A stretch of DNA of 64,000 nucleotides from Candidatus Latescibacterota bacterium (GTDB taxonomy: Bacteria > Latescibacterota > UBA2968): contig OZ220741.1 of NCBI GenBank assembly GCA_965116885.1, positions 2,850,551 to 2,914,550 of the forward strand, in the 5' to 3' direction. The position numbers and the translations under genes are program-made. Below, one piece after another: positions 50,659 through 60,043 of this stretch (positions are counted from its first letter, which is position 1; each line of letters begins with the position of its first letter). Below the pieces are notes generated by a model. It did no database searches. It saw nothing but the letters and a program-made list of their open reading frames with translations, and was not told the DNA's origin.

Positions 50659-51636
50659 TCAACGATTTTGTGAAAAATAAGTTCGCTCGGGTTGGCCTGT
50701 TTCAGCAGATTTGTTTGCTGCGAGTGAAATATCGAGGCTGCGCAAACCGTCTTCAAAGTCGGACAAGATTCCCGATCCATCTCCCGAACGAATTGCAGCC
50801 ATAAATACTTCGTCAATATCTTCCGATTCTGGTATTTCGCCGACTTCGGCCGCACCGCCTGGAAATACAGTTACACCATTTCCATCGACGGTCGCTCGCA
50901 TATCGCGCATGATTATATCGATGCCATTTGAGCCACCGCCATTGCGGAGAACGCAGGTGGAACTCAGGGTGCCCACAGCACCATTTTCAAATTGGAGCGA
51001 TAGAGCATATACATCGGGGATATCGAGATTTTCGACATCGTTCAATGCGCGGGTGGCGTAATACGCGTGTACTTCTGCGACATCGCCTACGAGGTAACGC
51101 AATAAATCGATCTGATGCGTGGTCTGTTCGACAATCTGCCCACCCGACTGTGCCATGACGCGCCACCAGGGGGTGCCCGGCAAACCGCCCCAGCGGTAGG
51201 CCAGGGCCATGGCGACGGGTTTGTCTTTCAAAAATTCACGCCCCTGTTTTGCCCAGCCCGTATATCGCTGTTGATAGCCGACGGATGTCAGTACACCTGA
51301 TTTTTGAACGGCTTCCAGAATTTCCAATCCCTTTTCCATTGACGGCACTACGGGTTTTTCCAATAACATGTGTACGCCCTGTTGCGCCGCCAAAATCTCT
51401 GCATCATAATGTGCAAATGTCGGCACAACGACATACATCGCGGTCAAATTTTCACTGTCCAACATCACGCGATAGTCGGTATAAGCCGTGCCACCAAATT
51501 CTGAAGTCGCGCTTTGTGCGGTTTCTTCTTTTATGTCGCAAATTGCAACGATCTCGACATCTTCTATATTGGCTAACGCGCGCATATGCGACCGCGCACG
51601 TCCTCCAGCACCCACAAAACCCACATTAATGCTCAT
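50659..51636 (-). CDS. Gfo/Idh/MocA family oxidoreductase
   Basis: VGFVGAGG, LEKP, VGYQQR, SGGQIVEQTTHQID. Confidence 0.92.
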   Translation of the reverse strand: MSINVGFVGAGGRARSHMRALANIEDVEIVAICDIKEETAQSATSEFGGTAYTDYRVMLDSENLTAMYVVVPTFAHYDAEILAAQQGVHMLLEKPVVPSMEKGLEILEAVQKSGVLTSVGYQQRYTGWAKQGREFLKDKPVAMALAYRWGGLPGTPWWRVMAQSGGQIVEQTTHQIDLLRYLVGDVAEVHAYYATRALNDVENLDIPDVYALSLQFENGAVGTLSSTCVLRNGGGSNGIDIIMRDMRATVDGNGVTVFPGGAAEVGEIPESEDIDEVFMAAIRSGDGSGILSDFEDGLRSLDISLAANKSAETGQPERTYFSQNR

Positions 51637-51808
51637 TTATAGCCTCCATTCAAAAGGTGAGAGGTAAAAGGTAAGACTTAAGAGATCCCCCCAACCACAC
51701 GCCAATAGGAACACCTCACACCTTGTATTCTCTCGTTCAAAAATAGACTGCATGACGGAACGTGTCAAGAGGCACGTCCATTATTAAGCTGTGTTGTGAC
51801 AAATTGTA

Positions 51809-53554
51809 TTATTTTTTTACCACTGGACCGGTAGGCGCTTCCTTGCTATACAATGTACTGCCTCGCTCGTAAGACGCGACGACTGAACCGTCGGCAATTT
51901 CCAATCTGGGTACGTTTTTTTCGAACACATCGCGGTCGGGGCCGCGCATGACGGCCATTTGTTCGTCGGTCATGCCCGAGACGAGATCGCCCCACCGTTT
52001 TTCTGGATGGGTCAATTCTCCGCCGCTCCGATTGAAGTTGCGCGATGAGTATTTGTGCAAAATCCCCCGTCGCGAGATGTCGCTTTTCCACGCCAATGTG
52101 CCGTGTGTGGTGCCGCCATCCATGAAGAAGAGCACGTCGCCCGCTTTCATCTCTACGTGTTTGACCAATCCCATGTGGTCATCGCAGGAGCGCACGCCCG
52201 GGGGGAGTGAATAATACGCTTTGTGCGATCCCGGCACACACGCAAACCCACCGTCGGCTTCGGTTACATCGCGCAACTGCCAGGTTACGGTTACGGCTTC
52301 GCAATAGCTGCGCCCATTTTGATAGATATATCCCCGCCCTGGATTGAGCGGTTCATTGGAGTCGTGCAGGGAATGGCCCGATGTGCCTTTGACAGCGCAA
52401 AATGCCGTTCCTCCGCCCGTGCGACCACCGCTGGCACCCATCCAGTTTAGCCGATGTTCAACGGCCGGATGGGCGAGCATTCTTCGAAATGGGTCGCAAT
52501 GGGGACTGGGCAACTGCGTCAGTCCACCCAACAGGGGCCTGCCCGTGCCCGCGAGGCTTTTTGACCCGCGTGCGAGTTCTTCGCCAACGACGATTCGATC
52601 CTCAAATTTGTCAATGGCGGCATTGGCCTGTGCCAGCCATTCTTCATCCATGATTCCGCGCAGCACCAGGTACCCGTTTAAGTCCCAAAAGTAAAATTCT
52701 TTTTGGTCAATGCCCGAGTTTGGGTTTTTCATCAGGAAAGACGGGTGGAAAATTTCGCGAGATTCGTCCAATGCAATTGTTTCGCCATCTGTTTTCAAAG
52801 TCGGCGGTGGCGTTGTATTGCGATATCCGGGGCGATACAGCGATGCGCTCTGTTCAGGTGTTAGTTCTGCCATCAAGTCGGATATGGGCATCTTTTCCGA
52901 TTCGGGAGAAGATCCTGCAGAACGGATCACACCACGGCCTACATATTCGTAGGATAGCAAGCGTTGCAGTCCCTCGCCATGCCAAGAACGCATGCCCTGT
53001 ACGACGCTCAGACCGACGATGAGTAAATCGCCCGCTTTTAGTTCGGGTTGAAAAAGATAATCCGAGTCATCTACACCGGTCAATATATCCTCTGGTGTTT
53101 CCACATTTGATTTGTGGGTACACGGTACGAATACAAACCCTCCGTCTCCGGCTTTGACATCAGAGAGTGCCCAGATTACGCGCACGCCTTCACAAAATCT
53201 TCGATCGTTCTGGTGATAATATGCCAGCGCTGGATCTCGCGGTTCATTGCCACCTGCCAGTGGGGCAGAGGTGTCACAGGTTTCGTCGCACAGAATTTCG
53301 GGGGCGCGGTCGAGTCTGAAACCATGTCCCACAATTTGGTTCAGATACCACACGAGTTGGGGTTGGATCAACAAATCGCGGAATGGTCCGCGCAAATCGC
53401 CTTCCCAGCCGAGCATGCCCTCGAGCGATCCGGCCCGATCTATCGCGTCGTTTAACCGCGCGATTTCGGGACGGGTCAGGACTCCCGGTATATGCAAATA
53501 GCCTGTTAAATCAAAGGCGTAATTCTCTTCGTTTGTCATGGTTTCCCGGTCCAT
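51809..53554 (-). CDS. Two-domain PhyH-family 2OG-Fe(II) oxygenase, copy A
   Basis: Two repeats of F/W-DL.GYL...GGF..VP..HK...AGD; C domain has HDS, THGT and RR. Confidence 0.88.
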   Translation of the reverse strand: MDRETMTNEENYAFDLTGYLHIPGVLTRPEIARLNDAIDRAGSLEGMLGWEGDLRGPFRDLLIQPQLVWYLNQIVGHGFRLDRAPEILCDETCDTSAPLAGGNEPRDPALAYYHQNDRRFCEGVRVIWALSDVKAGDGGFVFVPCTHKSNVETPEDILTGVDDSDYLFQPELKAGDLLIVGLSVVQGMRSWHGEGLQRLLSYEYVGRGVIRSAGSSPESEKMPISDLMAELTPEQSASLYRPGYRNTTPPPTLKTDGETIALDESREIFHPSFLMKNPNSGIDQKEFYFWDLNGYLVLRGIMDEEWLAQANAAIDKFEDRIVVGEELARGSKSLAGTGRPLLGGLTQLPSPHCDPFRRMLAHPAVEHRLNWMGASGGRTGGGTAFCAVKGTSGHSLHDSNEPLNPGRGYIYQNGRSYCEAVTVTWQLRDVTEADGGFACVPGSHKAYYSLPPGVRSCDDHMGLVKHVEMKAGDVLFFMDGGTTHGTLAWKSDISRRGILHKYSSRNFNRSGGELTHPEKRWGDLVSGMTDEQMAVMRGPDRDVFEKNVPRLEIADGSVVASYERGSTLYSKEAPTGPVVKK

Positions 53555-53746
53555 GTTATCCTCCTTGACCGTGGTGTACCCGTTTGCCTACTGGCACTCA
53601 GGCATGATTGTGGCGGTTTATTCATGAAAAGCTCAAATTGCTGGAAAAAACAAGGAGAAAATGAAACCCTTCTCGACCGATTGCTCGGCGCATTTAAAAA
53701 AAACTGCCCATTTAAATGGACAGTTTGTGAGCTGTGACGCTTTGCA

Positions 53747-55492
53747 CTATTTTTTTGCCACTGGACCTTTGGGTGCGTCCTTGCTGTACAATGCACCGCC
53801 TCGCTCGTAAGACGCGACGACTGAACCATCGGCAATTTCCAATCTGGGCACGTTCTTGCTAAACACATCGCGGTCGGGGCCGCGCATGACGGCCATTTGT
53901 TCATCGGTCATGCCCGAGACGAGATCACCCCACCGTTTTTCTGGATGGGCCAATTCTCCTCCGCTGCGATTGAAGTTGCGCGATGAGTATTTGTGCAAAA
54001 TCCCCCGTCGCGAGATGTCGCTTTTCCACGCGAATGTGCCATGTGAGGTGCTGCCATCCATGAAGAAGAGCACATCGCCCGCTTTCACCTCTATGTGTTT
54101 TACCAATCCCATGTGGTCATCGCAGGAGCGCACACCTGGGGGGGTAGGATAATACGATTTGTGCGATCCCGGCACGCAGGCAAACCCACCGTCGGCTTCG
54201 GTTACGTCGCGCAACTGCCAGGTTACGGTTACGGCTTCGCAATAACTGCGTCCATTTTGATAAATATATCCCCGGGTTGGATTGAGCGGCTCATTGGAGC
54301 CATGCTGGGAATGTCCCGATGTGCCTTTGACCGAGCAAAATGCCGTTCCTCCGCCCGTGCGACCCCCACTGGCGCCCATCCAGTTGAGCCGATGTTCAAC
54401 GATTGGGTTGGCAAGCATTCGTCGGAAAGGATCGCAATAGGGGCTGGGCAACTGAGTCAGTCCACCCAATAGGGGCCTGCCCGTGCCTGCAAGGGTTTTT
54501 GATCCTTGTGCGAGCTCGTCGCCAACGACGATTTGGTCCTCAAATTTGTCAATGGCGGCATTGGCCTGTGCCAGCCATTCTTCGTCCATGACCCCGCGCA
54601 GCACCAGATACCCGTTTAAGTCCCAAAAGTAAAATTCTTTTTGGTCAATGCCCGAGTTTGGGTTTTTCATCAGGAAAGACGGGTGGAAAATTTCGCGAGA
54701 TTCTTCTAATGTGATTGTCTCGCCATCTGTTTTCAACGTTGGCGGTGGCGTGGTATCGCGATATCCAGGTCTGTACAGCGATGCACGTTGCTCTGGACTC
54801 ATTCCCGCCATCGAGTCGGATACTGGCATTTTATCCGATTCAGGGCCAGGTCCCGCAGAACGGATCACACCGCGGCCTACATATTCGTAGGATAGCAAGC
54901 GTTGCAGTCCCTCGCCTTGCCACGGACGCAGGCCCTGTACGACGCTCAGGCCGACGATGAGCAGATCGCCCGCTTTTAGTTCGGGTTGAAAAAGATAATC
55001 CGAGTCATCCTCGCCGGTCAATATATCCTCTGGCGTTTCTACATTTGATTTGTGGGTACACGGTACGAATACAAATCCGCCGTCGCCAGCTTTTACGTCC
55101 GAGAGTGCCCAGATTACGCGCACGCCTTCGCAAAATCTTCGATCGTTCTGATGATAATATGCCAGCGCTGGATCTCGTGGCTCATTGCCACCTGCCAGTG
55201 GGGCAGAGGTGTCACAGGTTTCGTCACATAGAATTTCGGGTGCGCGGTCGAGTCTGAATCCATGCCCTACAATTTGGTTCAGATACCACACGAGTTGGGG
55301 TTGGATCAACAAATCGCGGAATGGTTCGCGCAAATCGCCTTCCCAGCCGAGCATGCCCTCGAGTGACCCTGTCCGATCTATCGCGTCGTTTAACCGCGCG
55401 ATTTCGGGACGGGTCAGGACTCCCGGTATATGCAAATAACCCGTTAGATCAAAGGCGTAATTTTCTTCGTTTGTCATGGTTTCCCGGTCCAT
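53747..55492 (-). CDS. Two-domain PhyH-family 2OG-Fe(II) oxygenase, copy B (tandem paralog)
   Basis: Same 581 aa length and near-identical sequence to copy A; C domain has HGS and SHGT. Confidence 0.88.
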   Translation of the reverse strand: MDRETMTNEENYAFDLTGYLHIPGVLTRPEIARLNDAIDRTGSLEGMLGWEGDLREPFRDLLIQPQLVWYLNQIVGHGFRLDRAPEILCDETCDTSAPLAGGNEPRDPALAYYHQNDRRFCEGVRVIWALSDVKAGDGGFVFVPCTHKSNVETPEDILTGEDDSDYLFQPELKAGDLLIVGLSVVQGLRPWQGEGLQRLLSYEYVGRGVIRSAGPGPESDKMPVSDSMAGMSPEQRASLYRPGYRDTTPPPTLKTDGETITLEESREIFHPSFLMKNPNSGIDQKEFYFWDLNGYLVLRGVMDEEWLAQANAAIDKFEDQIVVGDELAQGSKTLAGTGRPLLGGLTQLPSPYCDPFRRMLANPIVEHRLNWMGASGGRTGGGTAFCSVKGTSGHSQHGSNEPLNPTRGYIYQNGRSYCEAVTVTWQLRDVTEADGGFACVPGSHKSYYPTPPGVRSCDDHMGLVKHIEVKAGDVLFFMDGSTSHGTFAWKSDISRRGILHKYSSRNFNRSGGELAHPEKRWGDLVSGMTDEQMAVMRGPDRDVFSKNVPRLEIADGSVVASYERGGALYSKDAPKGPVAKK

Positions 55493-55728
55493 GTCAGTCT
55501 CCTTGACTGTGATGTACCTGCTTGCCTGCTGATATGCAGGCGTGGATGTGGTGGTTTATTCATGAAATGTTCAAACCGATTCAAAAAACAAGTATAAAAT
55601 GTAGTCCCTATTGACCGATTGCTTGACGCATTTGATTTGGCTCTGTAAATTGCGCCTGTTCTTTCTCTAATGCTTGCTTTATTCGGATTACTGAAATTTT
55701 TCTGCTGTGAGTAATGAAAGGCATTATA

Positions 55729-57156
55729 ATGGCAGAGTTTCGTCCCAATATTGTGCTTGTGATGTGCGACCAGATGCGCTGGGATGCGGCTGGTTTTGCG
55801 GGTAGTTCTGTTGTTCACACGCCCCATCTGGATCGTCTATCCGATGGGGGCGTGTGTTTTGAAAATGCCTATTGCGCTTCTCCTGTTTGTTCGCCCGCTC
55901 GGGCGAGTTGGTTGACCGGGTGCTATCCCCACGCCCATCTGCAATTGCGAAATTACGGGCCACAACGGGGAAAAGACTGGGGGTGTTATCTGCCGCAGGA
56001 CCGCGTTACGATGGGGGATGTTTTGAAACACGCGGGATATTGCTGTGGCATGGTTGGTCCGTGGCATCTGGGCGATGACCATGCGCCACAGCACGGATTT
56101 GAGGATTTTTGGCAGACCTATCGATATCTGGACGACGAATATACAGATCCCCTTTTCGATTATTTTGAACGCGAGGGAGTACCCAATCTCTACAGCGATA
56201 AGGAAGCTGTCACCCAATACGGAAATATTCTGGCATTTGCGACACTTATAGACCCGCGACAGCAGCGTACGACCTGGACGGTTGACCGCGCGATTGATTT
56301 TTTGCGCCAGCAAGAAGATGATCCGTTTTTTCTGTTTGTGAGTGTTAAGGACCCGCATCCCCTCATCGTTATCCCACCAGAATTGCTCGAACACTATCCG
56401 GTAGATCAAATGCCCCTGCCGGATTCTCTGCGAGACCCACTTGAGGGTAAACCGCATTTTCAAACCCGCACAAAATTTCGTATGCCCAATACGGTGACAG
56501 ATCGGCAATTCCGCGAGATGATTGCGTACTATTACGCCCTGATTACCCATATTGACGCGGAGGTCGGGCGTCTGGTCGGCGTTCTCGAAGAACAGAATAT
56601 GCGCGATAATACGCTCGTGGTTTTTATGAGCGACCACGGCGAGTTGCTCGGCGACCACGGTTGCACAGAAAAGTGCCTGATGTACGAGGCCTCGGTCAGA
56701 GTCCCTTGTCTGCTTTCCTGGCCGAGTACTCTTCCAGCGGGTTTGCGCGTGACGACTCCGCTTGCCGGTGTTGATTTAATGCCGACTTTGCTCGATCTGG
56801 CAAACGAGGCGCCGCCCGAGAAAATTGATGGCCGCTCTGTTGCGGATGCGATTCTGAATGGTCGGCAACCCAGACCTCAGCCCATTTTTGCCGAGATCGC
56901 CAGCCAGGAGGCCGTTTATTGGGGGTCAACTGAAAGAGAGCAGTTTGCCGCGCATGTGATGAATCTCGATGGTCGCTGGAAGTATATTCGCAATCGTTTT
57001 GATATCGATGAATTGTACGATTTGGAAACAGATCCGGGCGAAATGCAAAATCTCGCGCAGCTTTCTGAATATCAACCGCGCATTACAGCTATGCGCCAGC
57101 AAATCGCCGAGATGATTTGCCATACAGGTCCCGGTCCCTACGACTGGTGTTTGTAA
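55729..57156 (+). CDS. Sulfatase
   Basis: RPNIVLVMCDQMR, CSPAR, WHLG, DPHP, SDHGELLGDH, ELYDLETDPGE. Confidence 0.93.
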   Translation: MAEFRPNIVLVMCDQMRWDAAGFAGSSVVHTPHLDRLSDGGVCFENAYCASPVCSPARASWLTGCYPHAHLQLRNYGPQRGKDWGCYLPQDRVTMGDVLKHAGYCCGMVGPWHLGDDHAPQHGFEDFWQTYRYLDDEYTDPLFDYFEREGVPNLYSDKEAVTQYGNILAFATLIDPRQQRTTWTVDRAIDFLRQQEDDPFFLFVSVKDPHPLIVIPPELLEHYPVDQMPLPDSLRDPLEGKPHFQTRTKFRMPNTVTDRQFREMIAYYYALITHIDAEVGRLVGVLEEQNMRDNTLVVFMSDHGELLGDHGCTEKCLMYEASVRVPCLLSWPSTLPAGLRVTTPLAGVDLMPTLLDLANEAPPEKIDGRSVADAILNGRQPRPQPIFAEIASQEAVYWGSTEREQFAAHVMNLDGRWKYIRNRFDIDELYDLETDPGEMQNLAQLSEYQPRITAMRQQIAEMICHTGPGPYDWCL

Positions 57157-57185
57157 GTGTAGATAGCGCGCGAAAAGGAGGACTG

Positions 57186-58157
57186 ATGAGAACAGGTTTT
57201 ACTGAGAACGGTGCCATTCCATTTGAGGCGTTTGCGGGTTTTGAGCGGCTTGAGAATGTCAATCCCATTCTTGCCTGCGAGCCGCCAGAGTGGGCCGCTG
57301 CAGCCCATGCGTTTGTGATGGATGATACGGTGCACTATTTGTGGGGGAGGAGAAAAGAGGGCAATTATTGGGTTTTGATGCATAGCACAGCTCCGGTGAA
57401 CGATCCCGCAAAGATCGCACACGATCCGCGCAATCCCGTGCTTTTGCCTTCGAGAGAGGGATTTGACGATTATACAATCGAATATCCTTTTCCGTTTTGG
57501 AATCCCGCCGACAGCAGGTTCTATGTTTATTATTTGGGGCGACGACAAAAGCCGCCGAAGCAGACGGGTTTATTGGTGGGCGACGGAGATTTTGGCAATT
57601 GGACGCGCGTTTGTCAGGCGCCTGTGATTGCCTCAGATACCGCGCACGAGCGACAGGGTTCGTCGCATCCCTCGGTTGTGGTTGTAGATGATACCATACA
57701 CATCATTTATACGGGGGAGTCGGCAGAGCCGCCGACCTTGTGTCACGCGACCGCGCCGACGAGCAATCCCGCGGCTGTTACCAAAGATTCCGCAAATCCC
57801 ATTTTTAAGGGTAGCGGAGAAGTGTGGGATAGTTGTGGTGTTCGGGAGGCTGAGATTTTTAAGGGTCCACAGTATTTCCATCTCTTTTACGGGGGGTCCG
57901 ATGGCGAGGCCTGGCGGATTGGGCATGTGCGAACGCGCGATTTTCGCACTTTTGAACCCAATCCGCACAATCCAATTTTTTCGCCCTCGCCAGATCCCGA
58001 TGCATGGGACTGCGACGGGATACTAACGCCTCAGGTGATTGAAATTGACAACCGCTATTACATGGTCTATGCGGGTATGCGGGGACGTGAGTGGCAGACG
58101 GGACTCGCGGTGGCAGGCGAATCAACGAATCAGCGAATCAACGAAAGAAGCTGGTGA
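57186..58157 (+). CDS. Five-bladed beta-propeller glycosidase-like protein (GH43/32/130-type)
   Basis: Repeated NP(I/V)L/F...W/F-D...P blade motifs; AAGGAGG RBS. Confidence 0.75.
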   Translation: MRTGFTENGAIPFEAFAGFERLENVNPILACEPPEWAAAAHAFVMDDTVHYLWGRRKEGNYWVLMHSTAPVNDPAKIAHDPRNPVLLPSREGFDDYTIEYPFPFWNPADSRFYVYYLGRRQKPPKQTGLLVGDGDFGNWTRVCQAPVIASDTAHERQGSSHPSVVVVDDTIHIIYTGESAEPPTLCHATAPTSNPAAVTKDSANPIFKGSGEVWDSCGVREAEIFKGPQYFHLFYGGSDGEAWRIGHVRTRDFRTFEPNPHNPIFSPSPDPDAWDCDGILTPQVIEIDNRYYMVYAGMRGREWQTGLAVAGESTNQRINERSW

Positions 58158-58200
58158 TGATCTTGGGGGCAGGGCGGAGGTCGTCTATTCGTCTATTCGT
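58121..58200. repeat. 8-mer repeat arms at a convergent gene junction
   Basis: CGAATCA(A/G) x about 3 then GTCTATTC x2, roughly inverted. Confidence 0.55.
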
Positions 58201-59301
58201 TCAGTCTTTCAGAACGCGGTTGGGTGTGTACTGGTTTGTGTAGTGACGCATGTTTCCCACGGCGTTGTTCTGTTTGATGGCGTCGGTCGGGTTTGTATGG
58301 AGAAACCAGTTGTTGTAGATTTCAGCGCTTTCCTGGGGAATTCCCCGGATGACTACGGCGGGTACACTTGTGGCGCGAAAGGTGTTGTGGTGGATTAACA
58401 TGAGATCGCCAGCGATGTGCGTATCGTCACCGCGATCCCGTCCGCCGTGCATGTCAAAGCTGTGGCTGTTGGCGTTTTCCAGAATCAGGTTGTAGCGGGC
58501 TTCATAGCTGGTGCCGGGCCTTCCGGTGCCTGCAATGTGGTGGCGACACCAGTCGAACAAATTGGCTTCGATAAGGGCGTTGGACTGGTCCAGCACCACG
58601 CCGTAGCCCAGGCCGTAGCGCTGGTTGTGGTGAAAATAGTTGTGATGGATGTGGTTGTCCGTTGAGCCAGCCCGCAGGAAGATCGCGCCGTGACTCCAGC
58701 CCCAGAGTTCGCAGTTATCGACTTCGAGGTTGGGGTATTCGGTCTGGATGGCGCGGGAGTTGGGGATGCTGTAGTAGCGCCCTTCTGCATGGAGTTGTCT
58801 CATCTGCTCGGTGCGTCTGAGGGTGTCCGGTCCCTGGAAGCGAAGGCCGGTGATGCGGATGTTGGGACCGGTGGCGATAAAGAGGGGTATGGTTTCGAGT
58901 TGTTTGGAGTAGAGCAGGGCGCCCTGGGAGCCGGGTTTGCCCCGGCCGCTGGCGAGCGTGACGCCTCCGCGTATGGCGATGTTCTGGTGTCCGGTCAGGT
59001 CGATTCTGATGGTATCTACTATATAGACTATCTGGTTGGGACCGGCGAACTGGAGAGCGTCGAACAGTTCCATGCGGTTTGTGACCAGGAATTCAGATGG
59101 GTCAATTAGGCGGTTATAGCCCTCGCCACCGCCAATGGGATTGCCGGTGGGGTTGATGTCGGCACCGAATTTGTCATCTGAAAGCAGGGGTTTTTCCTGC
59201 TGTCCGTTGCCATCTGATGTATCGGGAGTGAGTGGCTTTTCTTTGTCAGAACAGGCAAACAGAAGGAGCAAGGCGGTGAGATATCTAAGTGTTCCTGACA
59301 T
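58201..59301 (-). CDS. Lipoprotein with right-handed parallel beta-helix (pectate-lyase-like) repeats
   Basis: Lipobox LLFAC; IRITGLRF, VDNCEL, IHHNYFH, IEANLF, IHHNTF, IYNNWF repeats. Confidence 0.82.
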   Translation of the reverse strand: MSGTLRYLTALLLLFACSDKEKPLTPDTSDGNGQQEKPLLSDDKFGADINPTGNPIGGGEGYNRLIDPSEFLVTNRMELFDALQFAGPNQIVYIVDTIRIDLTGHQNIAIRGGVTLASGRGKPGSQGALLYSKQLETIPLFIATGPNIRITGLRFQGPDTLRRTEQMRQLHAEGRYYSIPNSRAIQTEYPNLEVDNCELWGWSHGAIFLRAGSTDNHIHHNYFHHNQRYGLGYGVVLDQSNALIEANLFDWCRHHIAGTGRPGTSYEARYNLILENANSHSFDMHGGRDRGDDTHIAGDLMLIHHNTFRATSVPAVVIRGIPQESAEIYNNWFLHTNPTDAIKQNNAVGNMRHYTNQYTPNRVLKD

Positions 59302-59370
59302 GTCTATCTCCTCCTCCTAACCCCTCACGATACTGAGAGAAATTTTGAGCTTAAGGTATTGTAATAAAAT

Positions 59371-59631
59371 TTATTGCAGAGGTGCTAATTTGCTCAATGA
59401 TTCATGATTTCGCGCTCGTTGCCACAGGTTTCTCAAGTCGTTCTGATGTAATGATGCCCACTCAATTGTCAAACCCAATGCTCGTGAAGGAAGATTCCCT
59501 GCGATTACAGCTAATGTCTCAATATTGATTAGGGCCTCATATTCTGCATATTCCGCATGGAAATGTGGAGGTGGATGATCGTTCACATGCATTCTGATAA
59601 TGATTCCATAAAATCGACATATCTCAGGCAT
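59371..59631 (-). CDS. DUF4160 family protein (putative toxin)
   Basis: MPEICRFYGIIIRM..DHPPPHFHAEY...EWA.LH..L...W. Confidence 0.9.
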   Translation of the reverse strand: MPEICRFYGIIIRMHVNDHPPPHFHAEYAEYEALINIETLAVIAGNLPSRALGLTIEWASLHQNDLRNLWQRARNHESLSKLAPLQ

Positions 59632-59911
59632 TTACATTTTCCATCTTTAACACAGAAAAAATATCCTCTGGCGCCTTTTCCGTAATTTCCAAATAGAGCG
59701 AATCTGCACACAGATCTATTTCATCTGTCCAGATAATGACTCTACCATTTTCAACTTGAAAATTCCGAAACACGCTTGCATTTTTCCATGCCGAAAATAT
59801 ACCTTGCCCAACGAGATGTGACAGATCTACTTCGCCCTCAACGCCATCTGAATATTGAATCCAAATTTTATAATCAGCACACGCTTTTGCAGATATGATT
59901 TTAATCATCAA
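59624..59911 (-). CDS. DUF2442 family protein (putative antitoxin)
   Basis: YKIWIQYSDG.EGEVDL...W..EIDLCADSLY. Confidence 0.85.
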   Translation of the reverse strand: MMIKIISAKACADYKIWIQYSDGVEGEVDLSHLVGQGIFSAWKNASVFRNFQVENGRVIIWTDEIDLCADSLYLEITEKAPEDIFSVLKMENVNA

Positions 59912-60043
59912 TAAATCTCCTATACCAGACTGTGATCCGTTTCAAAATGATTGATCAATCAAAAACTACGGCAATTCAGCCGATTGATCAAGTCGAATAG
60001 AAGTCCTATCAACACGGGACCACTCAAGAGAAAGGAGTTCGCA

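Larger units (their letters stand above)
51809..55640. repeat. Tandem duplication of about 1.9 kb (gene plus about 150 bp upstream)
   Basis: 51809-53700 aligns by eye with 53747-55640, including the non-coding leaders. Confidence 0.9.
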
